Shown here in pieces: positions 47,541 through 56,054 of a stretch of 64,000 nucleotides of DNA. Under the pieces are notes generated by a model. The model worked only from the letters and a program-made list of their open reading frames with translations. It was not told where the DNA came from and searched no databases. This stretch comes from an uncultured Gammaproteobacteria bacterium. GTDB taxonomy: Bacteria > Patescibacteriota > Patescibacteriia > UBA11705 > DATKZF01. Within the stretch, counting starts at the first letter, position 1. Each line of letters opens with the position of its first letter. A program made the translations under genes and the position numbers. The stretch covers positions 67,097-131,096 of the forward strand of contig CAYPKD010000006.1 of NCBI GenBank assembly GCA_964411255.1. Reading direction: 5' to 3'.

Positions 47541-48476
47541 TTGATACAGGTTTCAGGATTAAAAATCCAGGACTATATGTACAAACAAATTGATTCAAAT
47601 AAAAGACGAAGCACCCTATTAATTATCCTTTTTATTATAATTGTAATTGCCTTAGGCGTTGTTTTTGGTTACTTAACCGGATTTTTTTACGAATTAATCT
47701 TCTTTGCAGTAATCATTTCACTAATAATGACTTTAATCAGCTATTTCAAAGGTGATAAAATTGCGCTTAAATCAGCTGGTGCTAAAGGGCCAATAAAAAA
47801 AGAAGACAATCCTTATGTTTATCGAATGGTTGAAAATCTTTGCATAACCAGCGGCCAGCCAATACCAAAAATTTATATTATAAGCGATCCTGCACCAAAT
47901 GCCTTTGCCACAGGCAGAAAACCTGAATTAGCTTCAATTGCTTTAACAACCGGCATTATTGACATGCTTGAGAACGAAGAACTTGAAGGAGTCATCGCTC
48001 ATGAACTGTCACATATTAAAAATTATGATATTCGATTAATGATGATTGTGCTTGTTTTAGTCGGTACTGTTGCCCTAATGTCAAACTGGTTCCTGAGATT
48101 CTCATCCTTTGGCGGCAGAGGCCGCAGCAGAGGCGGGGGACAGGCAGGAGCAATTATTGCCATTGTCGGAATTGTTTTAGCTTTAATCTCTCCCCTGCTG
48201 GCTAAAATCATAAAACTTGCAGTTTCCAGAAAAAGAGAATTTTTAGCAGATGCTGACGGCGCTCTATTAACCCGTTACCCAGAAGGTTTGGCAAAAGCAT
48301 TGGAAAAAATTTCAAAATATGACAAGCCAATGATCAGGGCAAACAATGCTATGGCTCATTTATACATTGCCAGTCCCTTTTTCGGACAAAAAAAATTCAT
48401 GTCAAAACTATTTGCCACTCACCCGCCGATTACTGAAAGAATCTCAAAGCTTCGAGGCATGGAACGGAATTATTAA
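47541..48476 (+). CDS. htpX: Zinc metalloprotease HtpX (M48).
   Basis: The HELSH zinc motif (HELSHIKNYD) is present, along with multiple TM helices. Its position next to lemA is the classical arrangement. The likely start is the MYKQID ATG at 47577. Confidence 0.85.
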   Translation: MIQVSGLKIQDYMYKQIDSNKRRSTLLIILFIIIVIALGVVFGYLTGFFYELIFFAVIISLIMTLISYFKGDKIALKSAGAKGPIKKEDNPYVYRMVENLCITSGQPIPKIYIISDPAPNAFATGRKPELASIALTTGIIDMLENEELEGVIAHELSHIKNYDIRLMMIVLVLVGTVALMSNWFLRFSSFGGRGRSRGGGQAGAIIAIVGIVLALISPLLAKIIKLAVSRKREFLADADGALLTRYPEGLAKALEKISKYDKPMIRANNAMAHLYIASPFFGQKKFMSKLFATHPPITERISKLRGMERNY

Positions 48477-48482
48477 TAATAC

Positions 48483-48588
48483 GAATGATACGAATTTCCT
48501 ATCCACATACCCCAAATGACCCGAATAGACACAACCTCAAAGCCAGATTCAGGGCATTCGGATACATTCGGGGATTCGGATTATATAT
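48483..48588. promoter_or_regulatory. ATTCGG direct-repeat array (3 forward copies and 3 inverted CCGAAT/ACGAAT copies) followed by a TATA-rich -10, upstream of the clpC-like gene.
   Basis: ATTCGG occurs at 48556, 48566 and 48575, at 9-10-nt spacing. The same heptad array lies upstream of rseP at 32435-32471. Confidence 0.5.
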
Positions 48589-51018
48589 ATGCTAGAAGAC
48601 AAATTAAACAAAAACTTCAAAAATATAATTGCCAAGTCTTTTCAATTGGCAAAAGTCACTTCATGTCCTCAAGTTTTGCCTTCGCATATGCTTTTAGCTT
48701 TATTAAAGCAAAAAGGAACAATTGCCAATGAAATTTTGCGTAACAAATCTCTAGAAAATAAAATACTCAATTTATTAAATCAATATAAAAGTGAAAAACC
48801 AATACGATCAATGCCAAAACTAGCATTATCTTCAGAGCAAATTATCCTACGCGCAATAAAAACAGCTTATGAATTAAAACATCCGTACATTGGCACAGAA
48901 CATTTATTCTACGCTCTAATTTCAGATATTAACACTGATTTTAAAACTATTTTTACAAAAAAAATTAATCAAAAATACATTAAAAATCAAATTAAAGCCC
49001 GATTTAAGGGGACTTCACGATTTCCAGAAATAAGAGATATGTTTAACTTTTTACCATCAGATAACATTTCAGACTTAAGCTTATTAGAACAAGACAATAA
49101 ACAGGGATTATTAAGCTATTTTTCAATTGATTTAACAGATCTGAAAAATCAAAAAGACTTTGTACCTTTGATTGGAAGAAAAAAAGAAATTGAACAGATG
49201 ATTCAAATACTGTGCAGGAAAAATAAAAACAATCCTTTGCTTTTAGGAGATCCTGGCGTTGGAAAAACCGCCCTGGTAGAGGGTTTGGCGCAAAAAATCA
49301 CCAAAGGCGAAGTGCCGGAAGTTTTATTTGATAAAAAAATTGTTGCCTTAGACATTGGCTCATTAGTTGCCGGCACTATGTACCGCGGAGATTTTGAAGC
49401 TCGGGTAAAACAAATTTTAGAAGAAATTAAAAACGATCCAAAAATAATTCTTTTTATTGATGAAATTCACAATATTACAGGCGCTGGATCAGCCAATGGG
49501 TCATTAGATGCTGCCAACCTTTTCAAACCGCTTTTAGCCAGAGGCGATTTAAAATGTATTGGCGCGACTACAGACCAGGAATACAAAAAGCATTTTACAC
49601 GCGATGCTGCCCTGGCCAGGAGATTTCAGGCTTTGCATTTGGCTGAACCAAACAGGACTGAAACAATTGATATATTAACCGGATTAAAAACATGTTATGA
49701 AGATTTTCATCAGATAAAAATTACTGACAAGGCTATATCAGTAGCAGTTGATTTGAGTACTAAATACATTCCTGAAAGGTTCCAGCCTGACAAAGCCTTG
49801 GATCTTATTGATGAAGCAGCTGCCAAAATCAAAATTAATAACAATCAAATAAACGACAAGCTTAAAAAAATTAAATTAATTGAAAAACGCATTAATGAAC
49901 TGCATGAGCAAAAGGAAAAAGCGATTTTAGAAGAAAACTATCATCAGGCCATTAATATCCGGGATGAAATTAATAAAATGAAAAAAAGTCTTTCCATAGA
50001 AAAAAACAAGCAATCTCAACCTGAAACTTATCCAATTTTAACAATTGCTGACATTCAGCAAATATTAGCTCAAAAACTTGATATTGATTTGGAAAAAATT
50101 AATACTTTCGGACAGGGGAATTTAAATGAACTGCCGCAAAAACTAACTGATAAAGTAATTGGCCAGGACAAAATTATTGATAAAACCTGCCAAATTCTAA
50201 AAAGGTCATACACTGGCCTGCAAAACAATAATCAGCCACTGGCCACCTTTATTTTTGCCGGGCCAAGCGGTGTGGGAAAAACGTATTTAGCTGAAACCTT
50301 GGGTGAGACCTTATTTGAAGGAAAAAACAATCTCATCCGAATAGACATGTCTGAATTCACCGAGCGTTTTAATATGTCAAAATTACTGGGCGCCCCAGCT
50401 GGCTATGTGGGTTATCAGGAAGAAAATAAATTCACTGACCAGGTTAAGAAAAAACCTCACAGTATAATATTGCTGGATGAAATTGAAAAAGCACATCAAA
50501 GCGTCTTTAATATTTTTCTTCAAATATTTGATAATGGTCAGTTGACAGATGCTTCTGGACAAATCATTTCTTTCCGTCAGACAATAATTATTATGACTAC
50601 AAATCTGGGAAATAAAAACTCGCACAAAACCATTGGGTTTGGGAAAGAGTCAGCTCAAGAAACTCAAAACCAATCGTTGTCTGAAATCAAAAAATTCTTT
50701 TCACCTGAATTTATCAACCGAATTAACGAAATTTTAGTTTTTAACAGTTTAGACTTACAAAATTTAGAAAAAATAGCTACAATAGAATTAGATAAACTAA
50801 AAAAACAAACTGCCAATTCTGGTAGAAGTCTTAATTTTTCTTCAGGTATTTCCAAATTACTGGCCACTGAATGTGCTGAAAATTCAAATAATGCCAGGGC
50901 CCTAATTAAACTTATTGAAACAAAAATTATTACTCCAATCTCTGAGAATTTAATCAACAATCCTCAAAAAAAACAAATTGTTATTGAAACTCAAAATAAC
51001 AAAATAAATATAAAATAA
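48589..51018 (+). CDS. clpC: ClpC-like AAA+ chaperone ATPase with two nucleotide-binding domains.
   Basis: Clp_N-like repeats are present. The first Walker A is GDPGVGKTA and the second is GPSGVGKT. A short UVR-like linker (EENYHQAINIRDEI) is present rather than a long ClpB M-domain. Confidence 0.85.
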   Translation: MLEDKLNKNFKNIIAKSFQLAKVTSCPQVLPSHMLLALLKQKGTIANEILRNKSLENKILNLLNQYKSEKPIRSMPKLALSSEQIILRAIKTAYELKHPYIGTEHLFYALISDINTDFKTIFTKKINQKYIKNQIKARFKGTSRFPEIRDMFNFLPSDNISDLSLLEQDNKQGLLSYFSIDLTDLKNQKDFVPLIGRKKEIEQMIQILCRKNKNNPLLLGDPGVGKTALVEGLAQKITKGEVPEVLFDKKIVALDIGSLVAGTMYRGDFEARVKQILEEIKNDPKIILFIDEIHNITGAGSANGSLDAANLFKPLLARGDLKCIGATTDQEYKKHFTRDAALARRFQALHLAEPNRTETIDILTGLKTCYEDFHQIKITDKAISVAVDLSTKYIPERFQPDKALDLIDEAAAKIKINNNQINDKLKKIKLIEKRINELHEQKEKAILEENYHQAINIRDEINKMKKSLSIEKNKQSQPETYPILTIADIQQILAQKLDIDLEKINTFGQGNLNELPQKLTDKVIGQDKIIDKTCQILKRSYTGLQNNNQPLATFIFAGPSGVGKTYLAETLGETLFEGKNNLIRIDMSEFTERFNMSKLLGAPAGYVGYQEENKFTDQVKKKPHSIILLDEIEKAHQSVFNIFLQIFDNGQLTDASGQIISFRQTIIIMTTNLGNKNSHKTIGFGKESAQETQNQSLSEIKKFFSPEFINRINEILVFNSLDLQNLEKIATIELDKLKKQTANSGRSLNFSSGISKLLATECAENSNNARALIKLIETKIITPISENLINNPQKKQIVIETQNNKINIK

Positions 51019-52026
51019 ATGGCAGATGAAAATTCACGCCGCATTGATCCGAAAAAAAAAGCTGATATTCGAAAAAGAGCTGGAAAAGTCTTTGATGAAG
51101 AAACAAAAAAAGTAAAAAAACAGCAAGCTGGAGCTCAAAAGCCAAAAGCAGCCCCAGTTTCTTCTGATATGCCAAAGCCTGGTCCAGCAGCTATGCCAAA
51201 AACAGGATCTGCAGAACTGCCAGAAGACCAAGCCATGCAAGGAACCGCTGAAACGCAAACAGATCAGTCTATGGCTAAAGCCGCTGGAACGCCTGAAACT
51301 GGTGCGCAAGCAGCTCCATCAGAATATGAAGGTCCGCAAAAAGTTGGTAAAGGGCCTTTTGCTCCCAGTATTTCTAGAGTACCAGAAGCAGTAACCAAAC
51401 AACAACTAGAAGCACATGAAAAATTTAGGAAAGGGCTGGAAAAAAGGGAAAAAGAACGTGCGGAAAAAGGAACTGAGCCAGCTCCGCCCCCTACTCCTCC
51501 AGCTCAAACCCGGCCCAGACCAGGCATAGCGCCTGAAGAAGGAGGACCGCCAGGTACTAGCCCAGTAACTGCCTCAGAAAGACCAATACCGCCAGCTCCA
51601 GGAGTTAAAGAAACCACTCCGGCAGCTCCGGGTATTGTTCCCTCATATGAACCTGGGAAACTCGAACAAGCGAAAAAAGCAGGCCAGTTAAAAAGAGAAC
51701 AAGTTAAAGCAAAAAAAGACAAAAAAGCTGCCAAACGCCCTGGGCGACGAAAAAAAGCAGAAGGGCCAATCCCTGGCGGAATCAGCGCCAAAGGAGCTGT
51801 ACCCGGAACAAAAGGAGGAATAAAAGGAGCTTTGGGCTTAGGCAAAAAAAAGGGAAAACGAAGCGATACAGACTTGGCAATGGAAATCATAAAAAAACTG
51901 GCCAGAGCTATCGCAAGAATTATTGCCACCCTGGTGCCAATGGTTTGTTGCAACCCATGCTGCTGGTGGATTATTGCCGTTATGGCCATTGTATTAATAA
52001 TCGCCTCCTTACTCGGTCTTCTATAA
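51019..52026 (+). CDS. Low-complexity Pro/Ala/Lys-rich protein with a C-terminal TM anchor.
   Basis: The start abuts the clpC stop. Much of the product is PAPPPTPPAQTRPRPG-type low-complexity sequence. The C-terminal stretch VCCNPCCWWIIAVMAIVLIIASLLGLL is a TM anchor. G+C is higher than in the neighbouring DNA. Confidence 0.55.
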   Translation: MADENSRRIDPKKKADIRKRAGKVFDEETKKVKKQQAGAQKPKAAPVSSDMPKPGPAAMPKTGSAELPEDQAMQGTAETQTDQSMAKAAGTPETGAQAAPSEYEGPQKVGKGPFAPSISRVPEAVTKQQLEAHEKFRKGLEKREKERAEKGTEPAPPPTPPAQTRPRPGIAPEEGGPPGTSPVTASERPIPPAPGVKETTPAAPGIVPSYEPGKLEQAKKAGQLKREQVKAKKDKKAAKRPGRRKKAEGPIPGGISAKGAVPGTKGGIKGALGLGKKKGKRSDTDLAMEIIKKLARAIARIIATLVPMVCCNPCCWWIIAVMAIVLIIASLLGLL

Positions 52027-52054
52027 TTTTAAATAATAAAAATAAAAATTTTAT

Positions 52055-53323
52055 ATGGATTTATCAACCATTCCAATTAAAAAAGTAGCTGCTGGCGCAG
52101 CAATTCTAATAGTTGCCGGTGCTGCTGGATTTGGCATTTATTACTTATTCTTCCGGGCAGAAACCCCTACTCCGCCATCAAACGAGTTGGTTAATGAAAT
52201 TGGAGGACTGCCAGGCATTCCAACTGAACCTCCAACCAACCAAATTGTCAATGAAGTGCCAGTCAATGCCTTGCCTCCAACAGCTGCACTGCCACAAACA
52301 GTTACCAAAATCACAGTACCTGAGGAAACAGTATCTCGAGTAGCTCAAGGAGGAGTAACTAAGGTATCAACTACTTTTGCCAATATTTCAACTGGAATGG
52401 CAATTCCTAAAGGTGGAAATAATCCGGTTACGTATAATAAGGCTGATGGCTATTTTTATCAGGTTGATAATTTGGGAAATCTAAGCAAATTAACATCAGC
52501 CAGATATCCAAATGTTGATAATATTGCCTGGTCTCCAGATACAACCAAGGCAATACTTGAATTTCCTGACGGCAGCAATGTCATGTATGACTTTAGAAGC
52601 CAAAAGCAGGTTACTTTGCCAAAATCATGGCAAGACTTTGAATTTAATGATACTGGATCAAAGATCGCTTTCAAAGACATCAATACTCAACTTGATTACA
52701 ACTGGCTGGCCACAGCCAATCCTGATGGCTCGCAGCAAAAATACATAGAAGCGCTCCAGGACAAATCAGATCGGGTTCAGCCAAACTGGTCAAAAAGTGG
52801 CCATGTAGTTGCCACTTATTACAAAGCAGCTGACTCTACCAGCACATCAATACACTTAATCGGACAAAATAATGAAAATTATCGCGCGATCACCAGTAAT
52901 GGTTTTGGCGTACAGGCAAAGTGGGTACCTGATGGTAAAAGAGTGTTATACAATGCTTATAGTTTTGATAATAACAACAAACCAATGCTTCACATAGTTG
53001 ATGCTTATGGTGATAAAGTCGGATATAATCATAATTCATTAGGAATCAATACCTGGATTGATAAATGCACTTTTGAAGGTGAAGAAACCATGTACTGCGC
53101 AGTACCAAAGTATTTGCCAGATCATGCTGGATTCCAGCCTTCAGTGGCAGATGACATTCCAGATTATATTTATAAAATTGACCTTAAATCTGGAGCAAAG
53201 GCAATCATTGCTGAGCCTGAATTAACCTATACCATTGACTCAATGGAAGTATCTGTTGATGGAAAATATTTGTATTTTACAGACAAGGCAACTCAAAATA
53301 TTCATTATATACAGTTAAAATAA
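52055..53323 (+). CDS. Membrane-anchored TolB-like beta-propeller protein.
   Basis: There is an N-terminal TM helix. PD40-like repeats are present (NIAWSPDTTKA, NWSKSGHVVATY and AKWVPDGKRVLYNA). The product is 422 aa. Confidence 0.45.
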   Translation: MDLSTIPIKKVAAGAAILIVAGAAGFGIYYLFFRAETPTPPSNELVNEIGGLPGIPTEPPTNQIVNEVPVNALPPTAALPQTVTKITVPEETVSRVAQGGVTKVSTTFANISTGMAIPKGGNNPVTYNKADGYFYQVDNLGNLSKLTSARYPNVDNIAWSPDTTKAILEFPDGSNVMYDFRSQKQVTLPKSWQDFEFNDTGSKIAFKDINTQLDYNWLATANPDGSQQKYIEALQDKSDRVQPNWSKSGHVVATYYKAADSTSTSIHLIGQNNENYRAITSNGFGVQAKWVPDGKRVLYNAYSFDNNNKPMLHIVDAYGDKVGYNHNSLGINTWIDKCTFEGEETMYCAVPKYLPDHAGFQPSVADDIPDYIYKIDLKSGAKAIIAEPELTYTIDSMEVSVDGKYLYFTDKATQNIHYIQLK

Positions 53324-53330
53324 ATAATAA

Positions 53331-56048
53331 ATGAAGAAATTACTTAACATTTTTGTAATTGTATTTTTTTTAATAATACTGCAAACAAGCTCTGCTATAG
53401 CAGCTGATAATATTTTTTGTGATTGTCCAGCTTCTGGAGCGCCAGAGCAACCTGGAGGCAACTGTATTGGTCCCTGCCAAACGAATGCTGGCAATAAAGT
53501 GTGCCAATGCGCTGATTTAACCACTAAAACTGGGACTGAAAATCAAACCCAGTGCGATACAGCTTGCGGGCAAAAACCAGACGACGCACAATCTGTACCA
53601 ACAGATTATACAATATGCAACTGCAAATCTGATATTCCACACACCAGTGAACAAGACCCGTGTAAAATTCCGTGCAGCAAAGCTGAATTTCAATCTACTG
53701 CAGACAGCTTTGTTTGCGTTTGCAAAGATGCGCCCCTGACAGCAACAAAATTAACTGATGCTACTCAGCCAGAACGAGAAGATAAATGCAAAACCCAGTG
53801 TGTTTCTGCTGCAAAGCCAGCAACTCCAACTACAACGACTCCAGCTGGCCAGCCTGCAGCTAAAGTTTCTATAGAAGCGCCTAATTTATATTTTCCTATT
53901 CCTGATCTTCAGCTTTCTAATATTACTGTATCTAAAGAAGGCGGAGATAAAATATCAGTTCCCTGGATAGCAGAATACATAATTGCCATATATAAATATT
54001 CCCTTGGAATTGCATCAATATTAGCTGTAATAATGGTAATGATTGCCGGATTATTATATTTAACCTCTGCAGGGAATCCGCAAAGGATCGGACAAGCCAA
54101 AAATTACATTATTGGGGCAATTTCCGGGCTGGTGATTTTAGTCAGTTCATACATGATATTAAGTCTTATCAGCCCGAATTTAACTAAATTAGGACCAATA
54201 GTAATACAATCAGTTGAAGCAGAATCAATAGACGAAAGTGAATTTGGCCTTCTTGAAACAACTGATGTACCAGTTGCTGGTGATGTCCCATATTTTGCCC
54301 AAACTGATAAAAGATGGGCATGTTTCCCTTTTACAGGCAATGAATGCAGCTATCAGCTTGATGTCACGCCAAAGCTTGCCTGTGGCACTGATGGCTACTC
54401 TGCTTCATTCCCTGATGTAAGTTCACCACCTGAAAGAGGCATATTGGGATGCAAGCATAAAAATATTGAATTTAAGGGAATGAATTATTGTGAATGGCTT
54501 GAATCTCAATATCAAATTTCTGCAATGTGTAACAATCCAAACATGAAAGATTCTGCCTGGTGTGAAAACAACCCTTATGGAAAAAATAATTTTGTTGAAT
54601 ATTGCAAAAAAGTAACAATAAAAAATAAAGATGGTAAAAGCACCAATCTTAATGTTATTCAATCATCAGGCTGCGGAATGACTTCATCAGCAATGGTGCT
54701 GAATTTTTATGGCATATCGGTTACTCCGCCAGATGTTGCTTTATGGATTCAAGAAAATGGAATTCGCTCCCCAAGTCCAGGATCTTCTGAGCCTCCAACA
54801 TGCTGTGGATTTGTTCCTGTTGGAATGAAAGTATTAGCCCAGCATCATAGTCTGGATACAAAAAAAATGAGCAGCGCCAAAGAAAATCCTGAAGTAATGT
54901 CTCTTTTGCAAAAAAAGTTACCTTTGATTTTTCATGTATCAACCAGACAAAACCATCCAAACTGTAAATTTACCAAAGGAGGTCACTTTATTGTGGTCAA
55001 AAACTATGCTGGTGGTGTTTTCGGTATTAATGATCCAAGCCACCCAGGCATAAAAACTGCATCAGCTTCAGATATATGGGATGAATGTGCTGTTCACAGT
55101 GTCACTTATTTTTATAAACCTGGAGCGTATGGGGAATTTCCGAGCCTCCAAACGGCAGATACTCAGGGAACAAGTCAGACAAGCATAGTCGCTGGTGACT
55201 GCAAATCTGTACCTGATCTTTCTCCATACGATAAAAGCACTGGATGCTATAATGCTGACTTGCAATGTACACCTCAAGATATTAAAAACGTCGCTGAAGC
55301 TTGGGGGCAAACAAATATGATAACTGCGCCAAACAGTTGCGCCCGGACAGCTTCGAGAATATTACGAAATGCTGGTTGCCAAATTCCTGGATCACCATGG
55401 ATTAAATCATTAAAAACTCAGTTAAAAAATATTGGGTGGAAAGCATTAATAATTCATGGTAGTGCTTCTAGTAAATATCCAAACCAAATTCCGATAGGCG
55501 TCTTATTTCAATGTAATGCTACAGGAACTTTACAGCATGTATTTATTTCAACTGGACAAGGAAATATTGTTGAATCAGGCACTGACTGGAGCTCTGGTTG
55601 TACAGCAACCGGCTGTCCAAAACAAAATTCAAAAACTTGCGGACAAAATAATTTAAAAGACAAATGCGCACCAGATGATAATTCAATTCCAGGCATGAAT
55701 GCTTTAACCGGGTCTCCTTCTAAGAATTACAAAGACTGCGGTGAAGGGAAAAACCAATGTGTCAATACAAAATCAGGTGCTGCTTCAAAAGCAAGTATTG
55801 TCTTTTTCCCTCTATTAGATTCTGCCAATGAAGGCTCAGGATGCTGTAAAAGTGATTTAATTAGATATTCCAAAGGCATAAGTAATTCAAAAGATGGAAT
55901 TAAAACAAGTCAAGCTACATGCCAAAGCTTATCCGGATCATGGACGGCTGGGGGAAGCTGTTCAGAGCCGCTTAATCCAGTACAAGCTGTCTCAGGAGTT
56001 TTAGCACCAAAAGGATGTGGCTGCCAGGGACAAGGATGGTGTAAATAA
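53331..56048 (+). CDS. Secreted protein with a Cys-rich N-terminal region, a VirB2/TrbC (T4SS pilin)-like two-helix membrane domain and a C39-like cysteine peptidase domain.
   Basis: The signal peptide is followed by the pilin-like block EYIIAIYKYSLGIASILAVIMVMIAGLLYLTSAGNPQRIGQAKNYIIGAISGLVILVSSY. A papain/C39-like block SSGCGMTSSAMVLNFYG follows, with a downstream H-containing region. It is a paralog of the 56055 gene over the first ~280 aa. Confidence 0.6.
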   Translation: MKKLLNIFVIVFFLIILQTSSAIAADNIFCDCPASGAPEQPGGNCIGPCQTNAGNKVCQCADLTTKTGTENQTQCDTACGQKPDDAQSVPTDYTICNCKSDIPHTSEQDPCKIPCSKAEFQSTADSFVCVCKDAPLTATKLTDATQPEREDKCKTQCVSAAKPATPTTTTPAGQPAAKVSIEAPNLYFPIPDLQLSNITVSKEGGDKISVPWIAEYIIAIYKYSLGIASILAVIMVMIAGLLYLTSAGNPQRIGQAKNYIIGAISGLVILVSSYMILSLISPNLTKLGPIVIQSVEAESIDESEFGLLETTDVPVAGDVPYFAQTDKRWACFPFTGNECSYQLDVTPKLACGTDGYSASFPDVSSPPERGILGCKHKNIEFKGMNYCEWLESQYQISAMCNNPNMKDSAWCENNPYGKNNFVEYCKKVTIKNKDGKSTNLNVIQSSGCGMTSSAMVLNFYGISVTPPDVALWIQENGIRSPSPGSSEPPTCCGFVPVGMKVLAQHHSLDTKKMSSAKENPEVMSLLQKKLPLIFHVSTRQNHPNCKFTKGGHFIVVKNYAGGVFGINDPSHPGIKTASASDIWDECAVHSVTYFYKPGAYGEFPSLQTADTQGTSQTSIVAGDCKSVPDLSPYDKSTGCYNADLQCTPQDIKNVAEAWGQTNMITAPNSCARTASRILRNAGCQIPGSPWIKSLKTQLKNIGWKALIIHGSASSKYPNQIPIGVLFQCNATGTLQHVFISTGQGNIVESGTDWSSGCTATGCPKQNSKTCGQNNLKDKCAPDDNSIPGMNALTGSPSKNYKDCGEGKNQCVNTKSGAASKASIVFFPLLDSANEGSGCCKSDLIRYSKGISNSKDGIKTSQATCQSLSGSWTAGGSCSEPLNPVQAVSGVLAPKGCGCQGQGWCK

Positions 56049-56054
56049 AAAATT

